A stretch of DNA of 51,847 nucleotides from Actinomycetes bacterium (GTDB lineage: Bacteria > Actinomycetota > Acidimicrobiia > Acidimicrobiales > JAMCPL01): positions 1-51,847 of the forward strand of contig JAJZWK010000001.1 of NCBI GenBank assembly GCA_021846725.1, written 5' to 3'. Shown piece after piece: positions 34,436 through 45,640 of the stretch (the first letter of the stretch is position 1; each line of letters opens with the position of its first letter). The notes below the pieces were generated by a model that was given only the letters and a program-made list of their open reading frames with translations, was not told the DNA's origin and did no database searches. The translations under genes and the position numbers were made by a program.

Positions 34436-36094
34436 ATGCTGATTGAGCTGAACGTCCAGAACCTTGGAGTACTCGACGATGTATCTATTCAATTTCAAGG
34501 TGGCATGACAGTAATCACCGGAGAGACCGGAGCCGGTAAGACCTTGATAGTGGAATCGCTTGGCCTACTATGCGGAGGAAGAGCTGACTCATCCCTGGTA
34601 AGAAGTGGAGCTTCAGAAGCGATTATAGAAGGAAGATTTGTTACCGAAAAAGAGGATGAGGTGATCGTGTCCAGACAGATTTCTTCAAACGGCAGATCAC
34701 GAGCGTGGGTCAATGGGCGTATGCATACCGCCTCCGGACTAATCGATATAACGGAAGGTCTAGTAGATATCTACAGCCAGCACACCCATCATTCATTACT
34801 GAGCCATACAACCCAAAGAGATATGTTGGACATGTATGGGAGAGTGAATCTGGTCGAATTGACTGCCGCTCGCCAGGAGCTACGTAATATAGAAAAGCAA
34901 CTGGAAGATATCGAGGGTGGGAGCATGACTGTAGAACGCGAAATAGAACTCAACAAAAGCCAACTTGACGAATTGAATCGTGCATCCCTGAATGATCCTG
35001 ACGAGTACGATACTCTTGGTATCGAGGAACAACGCCTTTCTGATGTAGAGAACATACATGACAAGCTGTTTGAACTTGCCGCTTTCTTGGAGGGAAGTCC
35101 AAACGTCGATGATGATAGCATCCAAGGAGGTGCAATCACTATGATCGGATACGCTCTTTCTGTACTCAAAGGCACCTCATCCTTCGGCGACATCTTCAAT
35201 GAAATAGAGAGAAGACTAAAAGTACTACACGCTGAAGCGCAGGACATAATGGCTACTATAAACGATGAGTTGCAATCACTTGTGTTTGACCCGTCTCGTC
35301 TCGATGAGATAAGGATCCGACGTCTGGCGCTTAGAGAGCTCATAAAGAGATACTCAGATGACGGAAGCCTTGGGTCTGTAATAGCCAAGAGAGATTCATT
35401 GCAAACATCCCTTGACACTCTGGCAGATCGTTCAAAACGGATAGATGCCTTGAAGGTAGCAAAGAGTCGCATACAAGAACGTATAAGGCAGTGCGAGGAA
35501 AAAGTTCGTGAACAGAGGGTAGAGAGTGCAGTACGTCTGGCTCAGGCGGTAGAGCAAGAATTGTCCAGCCTCGCTATGGAAAAGGCAGTATTCTCGGTAA
35601 AAGTAGGTGAGTCCGGTGCCGGGGAACCAATTGAGTTCGGGTTGGGAGCCAATCCCGGGGAACCTATACTGCCAGTTGCAAAGGTAGCTTCCGGAGGTGA
35701 ACTGGCACGAACTATGCTTGCAATCAGACTTGCCTTTGCACGTAACATCGAATACTGGCCAACATCCATCAACACTATACCGACTTCAATGGTATTTGAC
35801 GAAGTAGACGCGGGTATAGGTGGGGAAGCTGCCCTGTCTGTAGGTAACGCAATCTACGAACTGTCAAAAAATAGACAAGTGCTTGTAGTGACGCACCTCC
35901 CACAAGTAGCAGCATTTGCCGACAATCACATCCAAGTAACGAAGAACGTATCGGACACGAGAACATCATCATCCTTTAATACCATTACCGGACAGGAGCG
36001 CGTAGAAGAGATTGCAAGAATGCTCTCCGGTCAGCCGGACTTGAAGATAGCCCGTGATCATGCCAGAGAGCTCCTGGATAGAGTAGGTAAATAA
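34436..36094 (+). CDS. recN: DNA repair protein RecN
   Basis: [14 protein letters not shown], the Walker A motif GETGAGKT, a long coiled coil, the signature [12 protein letters not shown], and the Walker B motif [12 protein letters not shown] are present. Confidence 0.93.
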   Translation: MLIELNVQNLGVLDDVSIQFQGGMTVITGETGAGKTLIVESLGLLCGGRADSSLVRSGASEAIIEGRFVTEKEDEVIVSRQISSNGRSRAWVNGRMHTASGLIDITEGLVDIYSQHTHHSLLSHTTQRDMLDMYGRVNLVELTAARQELRNIEKQLEDIEGGSMTVEREIELNKSQLDELNRASLNDPDEYDTLGIEEQRLSDVENIHDKLFELAAFLEGSPNVDDDSIQGGAITMIGYALSVLKGTSSFGDIFNEIERRLKVLHAEAQDIMATINDELQSLVFDPSRLDEIRIRRLALRELIKRYSDDGSLGSVIAKRDSLQTSLDTLADRSKRIDALKVAKSRIQERIRQCEEKVREQRVESAVRLAQAVEQELSSLAMEKAVFSVKVGESGAGEPIEFGLGANPGEPILPVAKVASGGELARTMLAIRLAFARNIEYWPTSINTIPTSMVFDEVDAGIGGEAALSVGNAIYELSKNRQVLVVTHLPQVAAFADNHIQVTKNVSDTRTSSSFNTITGQERVEEIARMLSGQPDLKIARDHARELLDRVGK

Positions 36095-36095
36095 A

Positions 36096-37868
36096 ATGTC
36101 CACCACATACCCCGCCGAATCGACTAAGTTCAATAGCATGGTAGATGAGCACAGACCCCATTCCCATCATACAAAATTCATATTCTTCACAGGAGGAGTG
36201 TCATCGTCGCTTGGAAAAGGGTTGACTGCGTCATCGCTTGGCAGGCTCTTGAAGAGCAGGGGAATGAAGGTTACCATGATCAAGCTGGACCCCTACATAA
36301 ATGTAGATCCTGGTACGATGAACCCCTTTGAGCATGGGGAGGTATTCGTTACAGAAGATGGTGGTGAGACCGACCTTGATCTAGGTCATTACGAAAGATT
36401 CATCGATGAGAACCTGCACAGGGATTCAAACGCTACCACTGGATCAATATACCTCTCTATTATTGCTGCAGAGAGAAGAGGAGATTATCTTGGACGAACC
36501 GTTCAGGTCATACCTCACGTCACTGACGAGATAAAATCACGAATAATGAGCGTAGCCACCGAAGATACTGACGTGGTCATAGTGGAGGTAGGTGGCACTG
36601 TAGGTGACATAGAGATCGTACCTTTTTTGGAGGCTCTCAGGCAGATGCGCAGTGACGTAGGACGAGACAACGTATGCTATGTTCATCTAACACTGGTTCC
36701 ATACCTCGCTCCCTCAGGTGAACAAAAGACCAAGCCCACTCAGCACTCCGTAACAGAACTACGCAGTCGTGGTATACAGCCTGATATAATAGTCTGCCGT
36801 TCCGACCAGCCTATATCATCAAACCTCAAAAGAAAGATATCGCTCTTGTGTGACGTGCCTATTGACGCAGTTATATCAGCTGTAGACGCACCCAGTATAT
36901 ACCTTATACCGCTTGTTCTGCACGACGAAGGAATGGACGCCGTAGTCATGAAGATACTCCACATTGATCCAGTCGATCATCCTATTGATCTCGCTGGCTG
37001 GACGCGTGTCGCCTCAATGGCAACGGACACAAGCAGATCAGTAAGTATAGGAATTGTTGGTAAATACGTAAACCTTCCTGATGCATACCTGTCAGTCGTC
37101 GAAGCTGTCCGGCATGGTGGTTTTGCTCTCGATACACGTGTAGACATATCATGGATCCAAGCCGAAGATATTCCACAGTTGATAGAGGATGGTACCATAT
37201 CGCAACTCGATGGCATTATCATACCTGGTGGATTTGGCGAGCGTGGTGTAGAAGGAAAGATATCGGCAGTGACATATGCCAGGTTGCACAATATCCCTAT
37301 TTTGGGCATATGTTTGGGATTGCAGGTAATGGTCATTGATGTCGCTCGCAATATCGTTGGTCTGGAAAACGCCAATTCACGTGAGATGGATCCTTATACG
37401 CCATATCCAGTTATAGATTTGATGGATGAGCAGCGCAATGTAGTAGACAAAGGTGGTACTATGCGCTTGGGATCTTACGTAGCCCAGTTGAAGCCAGGCA
37501 GCCTGGCGGCAAAGGTATACGGTACAGAGGTTGTGTCAGAACGTCACCGACATCGCTACGAGGTAAACCCAAAATATCGTACGAAGTTAGAAGATGCTGG
37601 TCTCTCGTGTAGTGCCATTTCGCCTGATGGAAGGTTGGTGGAGATGGTAGAGCTACCAACTCATCCATACTTCATTGGTACGCAAGCTCACCCAGAATTC
37701 AAGAGTAGGCCGGATCGTCCTCATCCCTTGTTCAAGGGACTGGTAGAGGCTGCACTTGCCAGGGCAGAGAGCAGACAGCCCAGAATCGTAGATGTCGAGG
37801 ATGCCTGGAATCCATTATCTCCCCTCGATGGTGAGAAGGTAGAAGAACTCTCTGAAAGTACTCTGTGA
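36096..37868 (+). CDS. pyrG: CTP synthase
   Basis: Contains [37 protein letters not shown], and the GATase domain GICLGLQ ... HRHRYEVN. The start could be the internal M at residue 15. Confidence 0.95.
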   Translation: MSTTYPAESTKFNSMVDEHRPHSHHTKFIFFTGGVSSSLGKGLTASSLGRLLKSRGMKVTMIKLDPYINVDPGTMNPFEHGEVFVTEDGGETDLDLGHYERFIDENLHRDSNATTGSIYLSIIAAERRGDYLGRTVQVIPHVTDEIKSRIMSVATEDTDVVIVEVGGTVGDIEIVPFLEALRQMRSDVGRDNVCYVHLTLVPYLAPSGEQKTKPTQHSVTELRSRGIQPDIIVCRSDQPISSNLKRKISLLCDVPIDAVISAVDAPSIYLIPLVLHDEGMDAVVMKILHIDPVDHPIDLAGWTRVASMATDTSRSVSIGIVGKYVNLPDAYLSVVEAVRHGGFALDTRVDISWIQAEDIPQLIEDGTISQLDGIIIPGGFGERGVEGKISAVTYARLHNIPILGICLGLQVMVIDVARNIVGLENANSREMDPYTPYPVIDLMDEQRNVVDKGGTMRLGSYVAQLKPGSLAAKVYGTEVVSERHRHRYEVNPKYRTKLEDAGLSCSAISPDGRLVEMVELPTHPYFIGTQAHPEFKSRPDRPHPLFKGLVEAALARAESRQPRIVDVEDAWNPLSPLDGEKVEELSESTL

Positions 37869-37903
37869 GGCTAAGCTTTGAATTCTTCTCATGTCATGGC
37901 TCA

Positions 37904-37930
37904 AGTCTGGCACGACTGAAGTCGGAGACT
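37904..37930 (+). terminator. Hairpin after pyrG
   Basis: AGTCT..CGAC-TGAA-GTCG..AGACT forms an imperfect stem 36 nt after the stop. There is no U-tract. Confidence 0.3.
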
Positions 37931-37989
37931 GTCATATGGTGGATATGGTAAGGTCGTAGAATTGCATTGGATATCCTATTGGAAGAAAC

Positions 37990-38541
37990 ATGAACGCGTC
38001 ATTTATCAAGCAAGCTGAGAACATCGAATACTCTGGCAAACGGATTGACGTGGTGCGCACCAGTATCATTGCACCAGATGGTACCAGCTATACCCGTGAG
38101 ATAGTAAAACACCCCGGAGCTGTAGTCATAGTGCCAGTGGATTCAGAGGGCAATGTCCATTTGCTGAGGCAGTACCGCGCACCACTTGATGCCGAACTGA
38201 TTGAGATCCCGGCAGGCACGATGGACGTAGCCGGAGAGGCACCAGAAGATACCGCTGCCAGAGAACTAAAAGAGGAACTGGGCTTGATAGGCAGCAAATT
38301 TGACTTGTTGGCTACCGTATATAATTCTCCTGGTTTCTGCACGGAAAAGACATATATATACCTTGCCACTGGCCTGATCCAGGATGAGACTGCCAGAGAA
38401 GGTCCTGAAGAGAAATATATGTCTGTATTCGAGATTCCTCTTGATGAAGCCATTCGACTCTGTATCGAAGGTGAGATTCATGATGCACAGACTATTATCG
38501 GTCTTATGCTGGCAGCCCGAAAAATTACTGAGAATACTTGA
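37990..38541 (+). CDS. NUDIX hydrolase (ADP-ribose pyrophosphatase-like)
   Basis: The Nudix box GTMDVAGEAPEDTAARELKEELG is present. Confidence 0.85.
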   Translation: MNASFIKQAENIEYSGKRIDVVRTSIIAPDGTSYTREIVKHPGAVVIVPVDSEGNVHLLRQYRAPLDAELIEIPAGTMDVAGEAPEDTAARELKEELGLIGSKFDLLATVYNSPGFCTEKTYIYLATGLIQDETAREGPEEKYMSVFEIPLDEAIRLCIEGEIHDAQTIIGLMLAARKITENT

Positions 38542-38581
38542 ATGTAAGCACTGCCCTGAAGGAAAACTCAATCGCAACCAT

Positions 38582-39547
38582 ATGCCCTACCGTGCCCCAT
38601 TGTCCAATACCAGCGAAGAATATCTGAATTGGCTGGTCGTGGAACGTGGTAGATCTCGCAATACCGTGAAGGCATACGGACAGGATCTAAAAAAGTTTGA
38701 ATCCTATATTGACTCCTGCAACCTCTCGATACAGGATGTCGACAGCAATACTATAGATGCTTTCTCGCATTCCCTTTACGAGCAAGGCTATGCTTCCAGC
38801 TCCCATGCGCGTATACTGTCATGTGTAAAAGGACTATATAGCTTCATGCTGGATGAAGGTACTGTAGATACTCATCCGGCTGAACATATAAAGCCACCTC
38901 ACCAGGAGGCACGTCTACCAAAGGCCCTGTCGCTCAGAGAAGTGGAGTTGCTGCTTTCCAATAGTGGGGAAGCGGATTCCCCGGTTTCAAGGCGGGATCA
39001 GGCAATTTTGGAGTTACTGTATGCAACCGGGATGAGGGTATCAGAACTCGTCTCTCTATCACTTGGAGATGTTAATACAACTAAGTCAGGGATTGGAACG
39101 GCTAAAGTAACGGGCAAAGGATCCAAGCAACGGATAGTACCAGTTGGAGAAGTCGCCCTCAATGCACTGAACTCATGGCTCAGTCCTCACGGGAGAGATC
39201 GTCTGATACCGGCGCGCTGGAAGAGGGCAACTGACTCAGATGCAGTATTTTTGAATGTACGGAGCGGTCGTATTACTCGACAAGGTGTTTGGCTGGTGAT
39301 AAAAAAGAGAGCGGACGCAGTAGGATTGGAATCAAGGGTATATCCTCATGTATTACGCCATTCCTGTGCAACCCATATGCTCGAGGGAGGTGCCGACATA
39401 CGAGCAGTCCAAGAAATACTGGGACACTCTTCAATATCCACTACCCAGATATACACCAAAGTATCTGTAGAACACCTGCGGTCGACATACCTGTCCGCAC
39501 ATCCTCGAGCCGCCATCCACCATGGTACTGGCCTGTCCCGCAAATAA
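38582..39547 (+). CDS. xerD: Tyrosine site-specific recombinase XerD
   Basis: The N-terminal SAM-like domain (YLNWLVVERGRSRNTVKAYGQDL) is followed by catalytic residues in context (ATGMRVSELVSL, HVLRHSCATHMLEGGADIRAVQEILGHSSISTTQIYT). I chose the start at ATG 38582, because the track ORF's upstream part overlaps the NUDIX gene. The xerD versus xerC assignment rests on synteny only. Confidence 0.85.
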   Translation: MPYRAPLSNTSEEYLNWLVVERGRSRNTVKAYGQDLKKFESYIDSCNLSIQDVDSNTIDAFSHSLYEQGYASSSHARILSCVKGLYSFMLDEGTVDTHPAEHIKPPHQEARLPKALSLREVELLLSNSGEADSPVSRRDQAILELLYATGMRVSELVSLSLGDVNTTKSGIGTAKVTGKGSKQRIVPVGEVALNALNSWLSPHGRDRLIPARWKRATDSDAVFLNVRSGRITRQGVWLVIKKRADAVGLESRVYPHVLRHSCATHMLEGGADIRAVQEILGHSSISTTQIYTKVSVEHLRSTYLSAHPRAAIHHGTGLSRK

Positions 39548-39573
39548 CCATTGGTTCTCGCCAGTCAGATGAT

Positions 39574-39602
39574 ACCTCTGACGGTGTTCTTGTCTCAGAG
39601 GT
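39574..39602 (+). terminator. Hairpin after xerD
   Basis: ACCTCTGA (39574-39581) pairs with TCAGAGGT (39595-39602), an 8-bp perfect stem with a 13-nt loop, 27 nt after the stop. There is no U-tract. Confidence 0.35.
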
Positions 39603-39796
39603 AACTCCAGAGCCTGCCTTCCGCTGGTACGATACCTGCTCACCAAAATGAACGACCCCCTGATCCAACCTACCTATCCGATGAGCCTCTTACAGGGCAG
39701 ACCTTGGACAACCACTGGTGTCCTTCCCAAGACACCATAGGAAAGAGATGACGCACTACTGATGACATTCAGTGCAATAAAGGCTATAATGGCCCT

Positions 39797-40147
39797 ATGG
39801 GTAAAAATGTTACTACCGATGCTCCGGCGATAGATTATAGAGCATTGCTGGAAAAAGAAAAGTCAGATTTGCTTACCAAGCTGAGTGAGCTTGGTTATGG
39901 TGAAGTACGTGGCTTGGAATATGACGCGAATTTTGCCGACTCCAGCCAAGTCACCGCAGAACGTGGGGAGGTAGAGGCACTTGCAGGCCAATTAAAAGAA
40001 GCATTACAGCAGGTAAGCGATGCACTTGCCAAGCTGGATAACGGTACATACGGTATCTGCGAGTCCTGTGGCAATCCTATTGAAGAAGCTCGGCTGGAAG
40101 CAAAACCAACTGCCAGGCAATGCATAGCATGTGCCTCCAGAAAATAG
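39797..40147 (+). CDS. DksA/TraR-family C4 zinc-finger protein
   Basis: The coiled-coil N-terminus is followed by CESCGNPIEEARLEAKPTARQCIAC. Confidence 0.75.
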   Translation: MGKNVTTDAPAIDYRALLEKEKSDLLTKLSELGYGEVRGLEYDANFADSSQVTAERGEVEALAGQLKEALQQVSDALAKLDNGTYGICESCGNPIEEARLEAKPTARQCIACASRK

Positions 40148-40925
40148 CGTACCTGTGGGGCCAGGCGACGTCTATCGTCAATCTCCAATAACCAATAATC
40201 ACGATAGAAATGTAGCATTAGTTGTCGCCATAGCGATAATAGTCCTTGCTGTATTGGTAAAGCTCCATAAGGTACAGAGAACGTCAATCCTGTTCTTTGT
40301 AGTATTGATCCCGTCTATCATCATCCATGAAATAACCCATGGCGCCGTTGCACTGGCATTTGGTGACGATACAGCCAAAAAAGCTGGTAGATTGACCTTG
40401 AACCCGCTACCTCATATAGACATACTGGGCACTATTATAATACCTGCTATCCTTATAATCACTGCTGGCGTAGCTTTTGGCTGGGCCAAGCCCGTTCCTG
40501 TAACAGTCGACAAGTTGAAAAATCCTCGTAATGATTCTGTCGTAGTATCCATAGCGGGACCTCTGGTAAATATAGTGTTGGCTGTAGCCTGTGGCCTTGC
40601 GTTTTCTATATTCACGCCAATAGCCTATAAGGATACCCTTTTGTATACCGGGAATCTGTCGGTACTGCCAGTAGGCTACCAGCTTCTGTTCTTGGCCGGC
40701 TCTGCCAACGTGCTTCTGGCTGTATTCAATATCCTGCCAATACCTCCACTCGATGGCTCAGCCATACTGGAGAGGTTCATACCTGACAGGCTACTACCGT
40801 CATACTACCGCATACGTCCATTTATGCTTATACTTCCGCTTGCAGTGGTCATACTGTTACCGGGTGTCCTGGTCAGCATATTTAACCCAGCTCTTTCAGT
40901 ATGGCAAAAAATACTGGGCATATAA
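40131..40925 (+). CDS. Site-2 protease family (M50) membrane metalloprotease
   Basis: Contains HEITHG (HExxH) in a TM helix, a multi-TM body, and a downstream NILPIPPLDGS motif. The start is uncertain. Confidence 0.8.
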   Translation: MPPENSVPVGPGDVYRQSPITNNHDRNVALVVAIAIIVLAVLVKLHKVQRTSILFFVVLIPSIIIHEITHGAVALAFGDDTAKKAGRLTLNPLPHIDILGTIIIPAILIITAGVAFGWAKPVPVTVDKLKNPRNDSVVVSIAGPLVNIVLAVACGLAFSIFTPIAYKDTLLYTGNLSVLPVGYQLLFLAGSANVLLAVFNILPIPPLDGSAILERFIPDRLLPSYYRIRPFMLILPLAVVILLPGVLVSIFNPALSVWQKILGI

Positions 40926-41146
40926 GGAAGTGATCTGCCCCACGAGCAATCATGGATCTTCACTGTTCAGACGATACATTCTCTGGTATCATAATGTTCT
41001 AAGCTCATATCTGAGCCGACACCAGACATGGGTCTCCACAGTTCAGGCGACATATTCTCCAGTTGTTTTACGTCCTTCCTTGCCTGGGAACAGATCATAC
41101 CATTCGAAGGGCAGATATTCATATACTCTGATAAACTTTTAAATAC

Positions 41147-42007
41147 ATGAACATACAGGTTAGCAAGTTAGATGTCTACTCCAATGAAATTTATCCAACT
41201 ATAGATTCGCTTCGCTGGAATATAGATCAGGATACCGTAAAAAATCTATGTGGCTTGGCAGCTACGCCCGAGGGCGATGGATGCTGGATAGTAGATAGAG
41301 AAGGAGAAGTATATACTACTGGCAATGCATCATTTCTGGGCTCCCTCAAGTCGCATGACATAGCTTGCGGGACACCGATAGTGGGTATAGTGTCTACCAG
41401 TATCGCCAACGGATACTGGCTCTACTCTGCTGCCGGAGATATCTACGCCTTTGGAGACCTGCCATCTTATGGCACACTTCCAGAAACAGGGTTGAGCGTG
41501 GGTATACCGATAGTTGCCATGGCTGCCTACAGTGATGCCAGTGGTTACTGCCTCCTGAATCAGGTTGGTGATGTATTCACCTTTGGAGATATAAAAAATG
41601 TCGGCTGTATCCGCGAGGAGGGAATTATGCTTCGTGACCCTGTCACTGGGATTATGCTCGGCGATCCCGATACGGTTGGCTATCTGATAATAGACAGCAG
41701 GGGAGAGGTATACACCTTTGGAGATGTCTGGTTTCGCGGCTCAATGCCTGCAGAGAAAGCCTACCGAGATGCACCCGCAATAGATGTCTTGCCATCCAGG
41801 TCTACAGCACAGGAAGGCTACAGGATAGTAGTTGCCGATGGGTCAATATACTCTTTCAACGCACCTTTTTATGGTGCTCCTATAAATACTATGCTGGGAA
41901 CGAGCATAGTAGGAGCTACTGGAGATCCAGTGAACATGGATGGGTATTACCTGTTAAGCGACATAGGTGAGATATTCTATTACGATATAAATTCATTATA
42001 TCGCTGA
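41147..42007 (+). CDS. Hypothetical protein made of six ~45-aa repeats (probable beta-propeller)
   Basis: The repeats are GCWIVDREGEVYTTGNASFLGS, GYWLYSAAGDIYAFGDLPSYGT, GYCLLNQVGDVFTFGDIKNVG, GYLIIDSRGEVYTFGDVWFRGS, GYRIVVADGSIYSFNAPFYGA and GYYLLSDIGEIFYYD. I see no signal peptide. Confidence 0.6.
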   Translation: MNIQVSKLDVYSNEIYPTIDSLRWNIDQDTVKNLCGLAATPEGDGCWIVDREGEVYTTGNASFLGSLKSHDIACGTPIVGIVSTSIANGYWLYSAAGDIYAFGDLPSYGTLPETGLSVGIPIVAMAAYSDASGYCLLNQVGDVFTFGDIKNVGCIREEGIMLRDPVTGIMLGDPDTVGYLIIDSRGEVYTFGDVWFRGSMPAEKAYRDAPAIDVLPSRSTAQEGYRIVVADGSIYSFNAPFYGAPINTMLGTSIVGATGDPVNMDGYYLLSDIGEIFYYDINSLYR

Positions 42008-42101
42008 ATGTCGACCAAATAAACAACTACCAATGAAGCAACGTCGCTGCACCGGCAATGACAATGGCTGTCGCAGCTGAGAATGTCGATACAATAAGAA
42101 A

Positions 42102-43097
42102 TTACCCATGGAGCAACCCTATTGATTCTCTGGCTCTGGCTAGAGTAGCTGAAGCTATCTCACGTGCTCGTTCGTCTCCTTTGTTTATGACATCCATCAC
42201 ATAAGCAGTATCAGAGGATAATTCCCTGAAGCGCCTTGCAATAGGATTTATCGTATCAACGATTGCCTCCGCAACGTCCTGTTTCAGCTGGCTGTACGAG
42301 TCATAGCGTAATGCCAGTACATCTGATCTCTCAGCTGTTATGGCTGACAGAATCTCCAGTAAATTGGACACGCCGGGTTTCCTCTCGGGGTCATAATGGA
42401 CAGTATTCTCTGAGTCGGTTACAGACTTTTTCAGTTTGTTCGCCACCTCCTCCGGGCTATCCAATAAGAATATAGTGCCCAAGCGTGAGTCTGAAGACTT
42501 TGACATCTTATTTTCTGGATGTTGCAGGTCCATTACACGTGCGCCTACCGGTGGTATGAGTGCCTCAGGGACAGTAAATGTCTCTCCAAATCGGGTATTG
42601 AAGCGCGAGGCTATACGCCTTGCCAACTCCAGATGCTGCCTCTGGTCATCACCTATAGGTACCTTGTCTGCGTTGTAGAGTAGTATATCTGCTGCCATGA
42701 GTACAGGATAGGTGAATAACCCGACGGTGACCGACTCTTGGCCTGCTCCCTTGTCCTTGAATTGAGTCATCCTGTTCAGCTCACCAAATGTTGCTACACA
42801 CTCGAGTAACCACTCCAAGCTGGTGTGTTGATCTACATGACTCTGTACGAATATGGCACAATGCTCGGGGTCGAGCCCTACGGCAAGTAACATACATACA
42901 GCATCTAATGTACGTTTGGCTAAGTTGTCGCGATCAAACTCTACAGTTAATGAGTGTAGATCTACAACACAGTAAAAAGATTCAGTATCATACTGATTAT
43001 CAACCCATAGTTTTAATGCTCCTAGATAGTTGCCGAGGTGTATGTCTCCAGTAGGTTGGATACCCGACAGTACTCTGATGGCGTTTGCAGTTGTCAT
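42102..43097 (-). CDS. trpS: Tryptophan--tRNA ligase
   Basis: SGIQPTGDIHLGNYLGA (HIGH-type) and KMSKS are present. I preferred the start at ATG 43097; GTG 43121 is also possible. Confidence 0.92.
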   Translation of the reverse strand: MTTANAIRVLSGIQPTGDIHLGNYLGALKLWVDNQYDTESFYCVVDLHSLTVEFDRDNLAKRTLDAVCMLLAVGLDPEHCAIFVQSHVDQHTSLEWLLECVATFGELNRMTQFKDKGAGQESVTVGLFTYPVLMAADILLYNADKVPIGDDQRQHLELARRIASRFNTRFGETFTVPEALIPPVGARVMDLQHPENKMSKSSDSRLGTIFLLDSPEEVANKLKKSVTDSENTVHYDPERKPGVSNLLEILSAITAERSDVLALRYDSYSQLKQDVAEAIVDTINPIARRFRELSSDTAYVMDVINKGDERAREIASATLARARESIGLLHG

Positions 43098-43183
43098 AAT
43101 GAGATATCTTAGCCTTTCCACGGTGGATAATTATCGTTATTTCCACCACCTATCGCTCCATACAATGTAATCTGTATACTGTT

Positions 43184-43936
43184 ATGACCATGATTGCCGA
43201 AGTGCAAGAACATAAAGATGAAGATCCACTAGACATATTGGAACGACTGGTAAAGGACCACCCCTCTGATATATACGATATTCCGTTAAGTGATATTATA
43301 AACGCTTTCTTGGTAGAGCTTAAATCAATTGCAGATTCTACTGTTCTGAACAATCTGGACAGATTCTCGGAATTCGTGCTTTTGGCATCTACTCTTCTTG
43401 AGTGGAAATCCAAATGCCTGCTGAATCAAGACAGCGACACCGATGTCGATGAAGAGCTGTATGCCTTGGAGCAGAGAGATGCCCTCATAGGTAGATTCAT
43501 GGAACTGCAGGTATATGCAAAGATAGCATTGACACTATCTTTTATGATGGAGAAAGCTGCTCTTTCCGTTCCCAGAACGGCCGGTCTTGAAGAGAAGTTC
43601 GCCAACATCGCACCCGATCTTCTTGCCGGTATAGATAAATTTGCACTACGCGATGCGTTCAAGAAGGTAATCAATCGTACTATGCCTGAAGACGTACAGA
43701 TTAATCACGTCACCGTAGACAAAGTAAGCGTCTCGGAGACCATCATCACCCTCGAAAGGCGCCTAAGCAACCTTCGTAGGGCAACATTCAGGGAATTGAC
43801 CAAGTATCTATCCGACAGGATTGATATTATCGTCCATTTCCTGGCCCTACTGGAGTTACACAAACGCGGAACAGTCTCACTGAACCAGGCCGAGACCTTC
43901 GGTGATCTAGAAGTAGAGTGGATTTCAAATTATTAG
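43184..43936 (+). CDS. scpA: Segregation and condensation protein A
   Basis: DPLDILERLVKDHPSDIYDIPLSDI near the N-terminus and the C-terminal FLALLELHKRG are present. scpB follows 1 nt after the stop. Confidence 0.85.
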   Translation: MTMIAEVQEHKDEDPLDILERLVKDHPSDIYDIPLSDIINAFLVELKSIADSTVLNNLDRFSEFVLLASTLLEWKSKCLLNQDSDTDVDEELYALEQRDALIGRFMELQVYAKIALTLSFMMEKAALSVPRTAGLEEKFANIAPDLLAGIDKFALRDAFKKVINRTMPEDVQINHVTVDKVSVSETIITLERRLSNLRRATFRELTKYLSDRIDIIVHFLALLELHKRGTVSLNQAETFGDLEVEWISNY

Positions 43937-43937
43937 T

Positions 43938-44600
43938 ATGTACCCAATGAACGAGTACAATGGGAATGAAGCTGATGACAATGATACCAGTAATCAAAGT
44001 GCGTCATCTGCCAGTGTACCTGCTACATATACCGAGACTGAACGCGCAATAGAAGCAATATTGATATCAGCCATCGAACCGGTCAGACCAGGGTTACTTG
44101 CAGAGTTATTGGAAATTCCATTGACCGATATAGAACAAGTCTGCAACACGCTGTCAGAACGTTACGAAAGAGAACGACGAGGCTTTGTCCTGGCCAGAGT
44201 TGCTGGTGGATATAGATTGCAGACCCATCCTGATCTTGCTACGTATATGGAACGCTTTGCCATGGAACATATGTCACCCAGACTCTCGTCTGCCGCATTG
44301 GAAACCCTGGCTATTATAGCCTACAAACAACCAATCTCAAAAACTCAGATAGCGGCGGTGCGAGGAGTAAATGTAGATGGTGTAATTAAATTACTCTCAC
44401 AACGTGGGTACATAGAAATTGGTGGATACGCAGAAGGCCCTGGACGACCTGCACTCTATGTCACCACTTCACAGTTCCTTGAAAGCTTGGGTATGGACAA
44501 TCTTGACGAATTGCCACCTATTGACAACTTAATTGTTTCCGATGAATCAGAGTTGTCAGCGATAGAGGATCGCTTCAAGGATACTGATCCATCTGAATAA
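43938..44600 (+). CDS. scpB: Segregation and condensation protein B
   Basis: IEAILISAIEPV, GGYRLQT, LSSAALETLAIIAYKQPISKTQIAAVRGV and GRPALYVTT are present. Confidence 0.88.
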   Translation: MYPMNEYNGNEADDNDTSNQSASSASVPATYTETERAIEAILISAIEPVRPGLLAELLEIPLTDIEQVCNTLSERYERERRGFVLARVAGGYRLQTHPDLATYMERFAMEHMSPRLSSAALETLAIIAYKQPISKTQIAAVRGVNVDGVIKLLSQRGYIEIGGYAEGPGRPALYVTTSQFLESLGMDNLDELPPIDNLIVSDESELSAIEDRFKDTDPSE

Positions 44601-44711
44601 AAATTTATAAAGATTGCTGAAGATGAACTATCCCAAGTTCAAAGTCGTCGTACATAATAGCTGATTGATACATACAGCCGATAAACAATCAATACATGTA
44701 CAGTAGTACTC

Positions 44712-45455
44712 ATGGATGAAAAACTGCAGAAGGTATTGGCTGCTGCTGGCATTGCGAGTCGTAGAAAGTGTGAAGAATACATTATTGCAGGCAGAGTCAG
44801 TGTAAATGGCAATATAGCAACTACTGGAAGTAGGGTGAACGCCCAGTCAGATATAATCTGTATAGATGGTCAAAGGATTCCTGTAGACCCAAGCCTGACA
44901 TATTACCTGTTGAATAAGGAAAGGGGGATCATATCGTCTGCAAGTGACCCCTATGGCAGACCTACGGTGGTAAGCTGTGTGCCAAGCAATATCCGCTTGT
45001 TTCCAGTGGGAAGACTCGATGTCGACAGTGAAGGGTTGATACTGCTGACCAATGATGGCTTCCTTACGCACAGACTCACTCATCCATCCTACGGCATAGA
45101 AAAAGAGTACCTGGTACAGGTAGAAGGAACCCTGTCCAGGACTGATTCGACGAAGCTGAAAAATGGCATCGAACTGGAAGATGGCACCGCCTACGCCATA
45201 CATGTAAGGATATTCTCGCCCAATTCCATGACTATTACGGTTACAGAGGGTAGAAACCGGCTCGTACGAAGGATGTGCGAGGCAATTGGTCATCCGGTTA
45301 CACGATTGATCCGTATAAGAATAGGTCCACTTGCCGATAGATCTCTGTCGCCTGGACATAGCAGATTATTGACTGGCAAAGAAATTCTGGCGCTCTACGA
45401 CGCTGTAGCCAAAAAGTCAGGGAGTACTACTTCTAGACATAGTTATGTAGAATAG
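44712..45455 (+). CDS. rluB: RluB/RsuA-family pseudouridine synthase
   Basis: The S4 domain (LQKVLAAAGIASRRKCEEYI) and the catalytic GRLDVDSEGLILLTNDG are present. Confidence 0.88.
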   Translation: MDEKLQKVLAAAGIASRRKCEEYIIAGRVSVNGNIATTGSRVNAQSDIICIDGQRIPVDPSLTYYLLNKERGIISSASDPYGRPTVVSCVPSNIRLFPVGRLDVDSEGLILLTNDGFLTHRLTHPSYGIEKEYLVQVEGTLSRTDSTKLKNGIELEDGTAYAIHVRIFSPNSMTITVTEGRNRLVRRMCEAIGHPVTRLIRIRIGPLADRSLSPGHSRLLTGKEILALYDAVAKKSGSTTSRHSYVE

Positions 45456-45640
45456 ATCGACTAGATTATCCAACTTGTATTAGTTGTACTAGCATGGCTA
45501 GTAGTCTGTATTGTCAATAGCGTGATGTCGTCTGGCAAATCAGAAACATCACCTGCCTGGCGGAAACCCATGATTATTCGTGGAACAGACTACCAGGCAA
45601 CAGATTGAAATAGGATTGGGATAGGATGGAGAGATAGAAA

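Noticed and set aside
43122-43147. Replication origin / DnaA box (GGTGGATAA, the complement of TTATCCACC) between trpS and scpA
   Set aside because: This is a single near-consensus box forming an inverted repeat (GGTGGA...TCCACC). There is no cluster of boxes, no AT-rich unwinding element adjacent, and no dnaA or dnaN nearby. It is more likely an operator in the divergent promoter.
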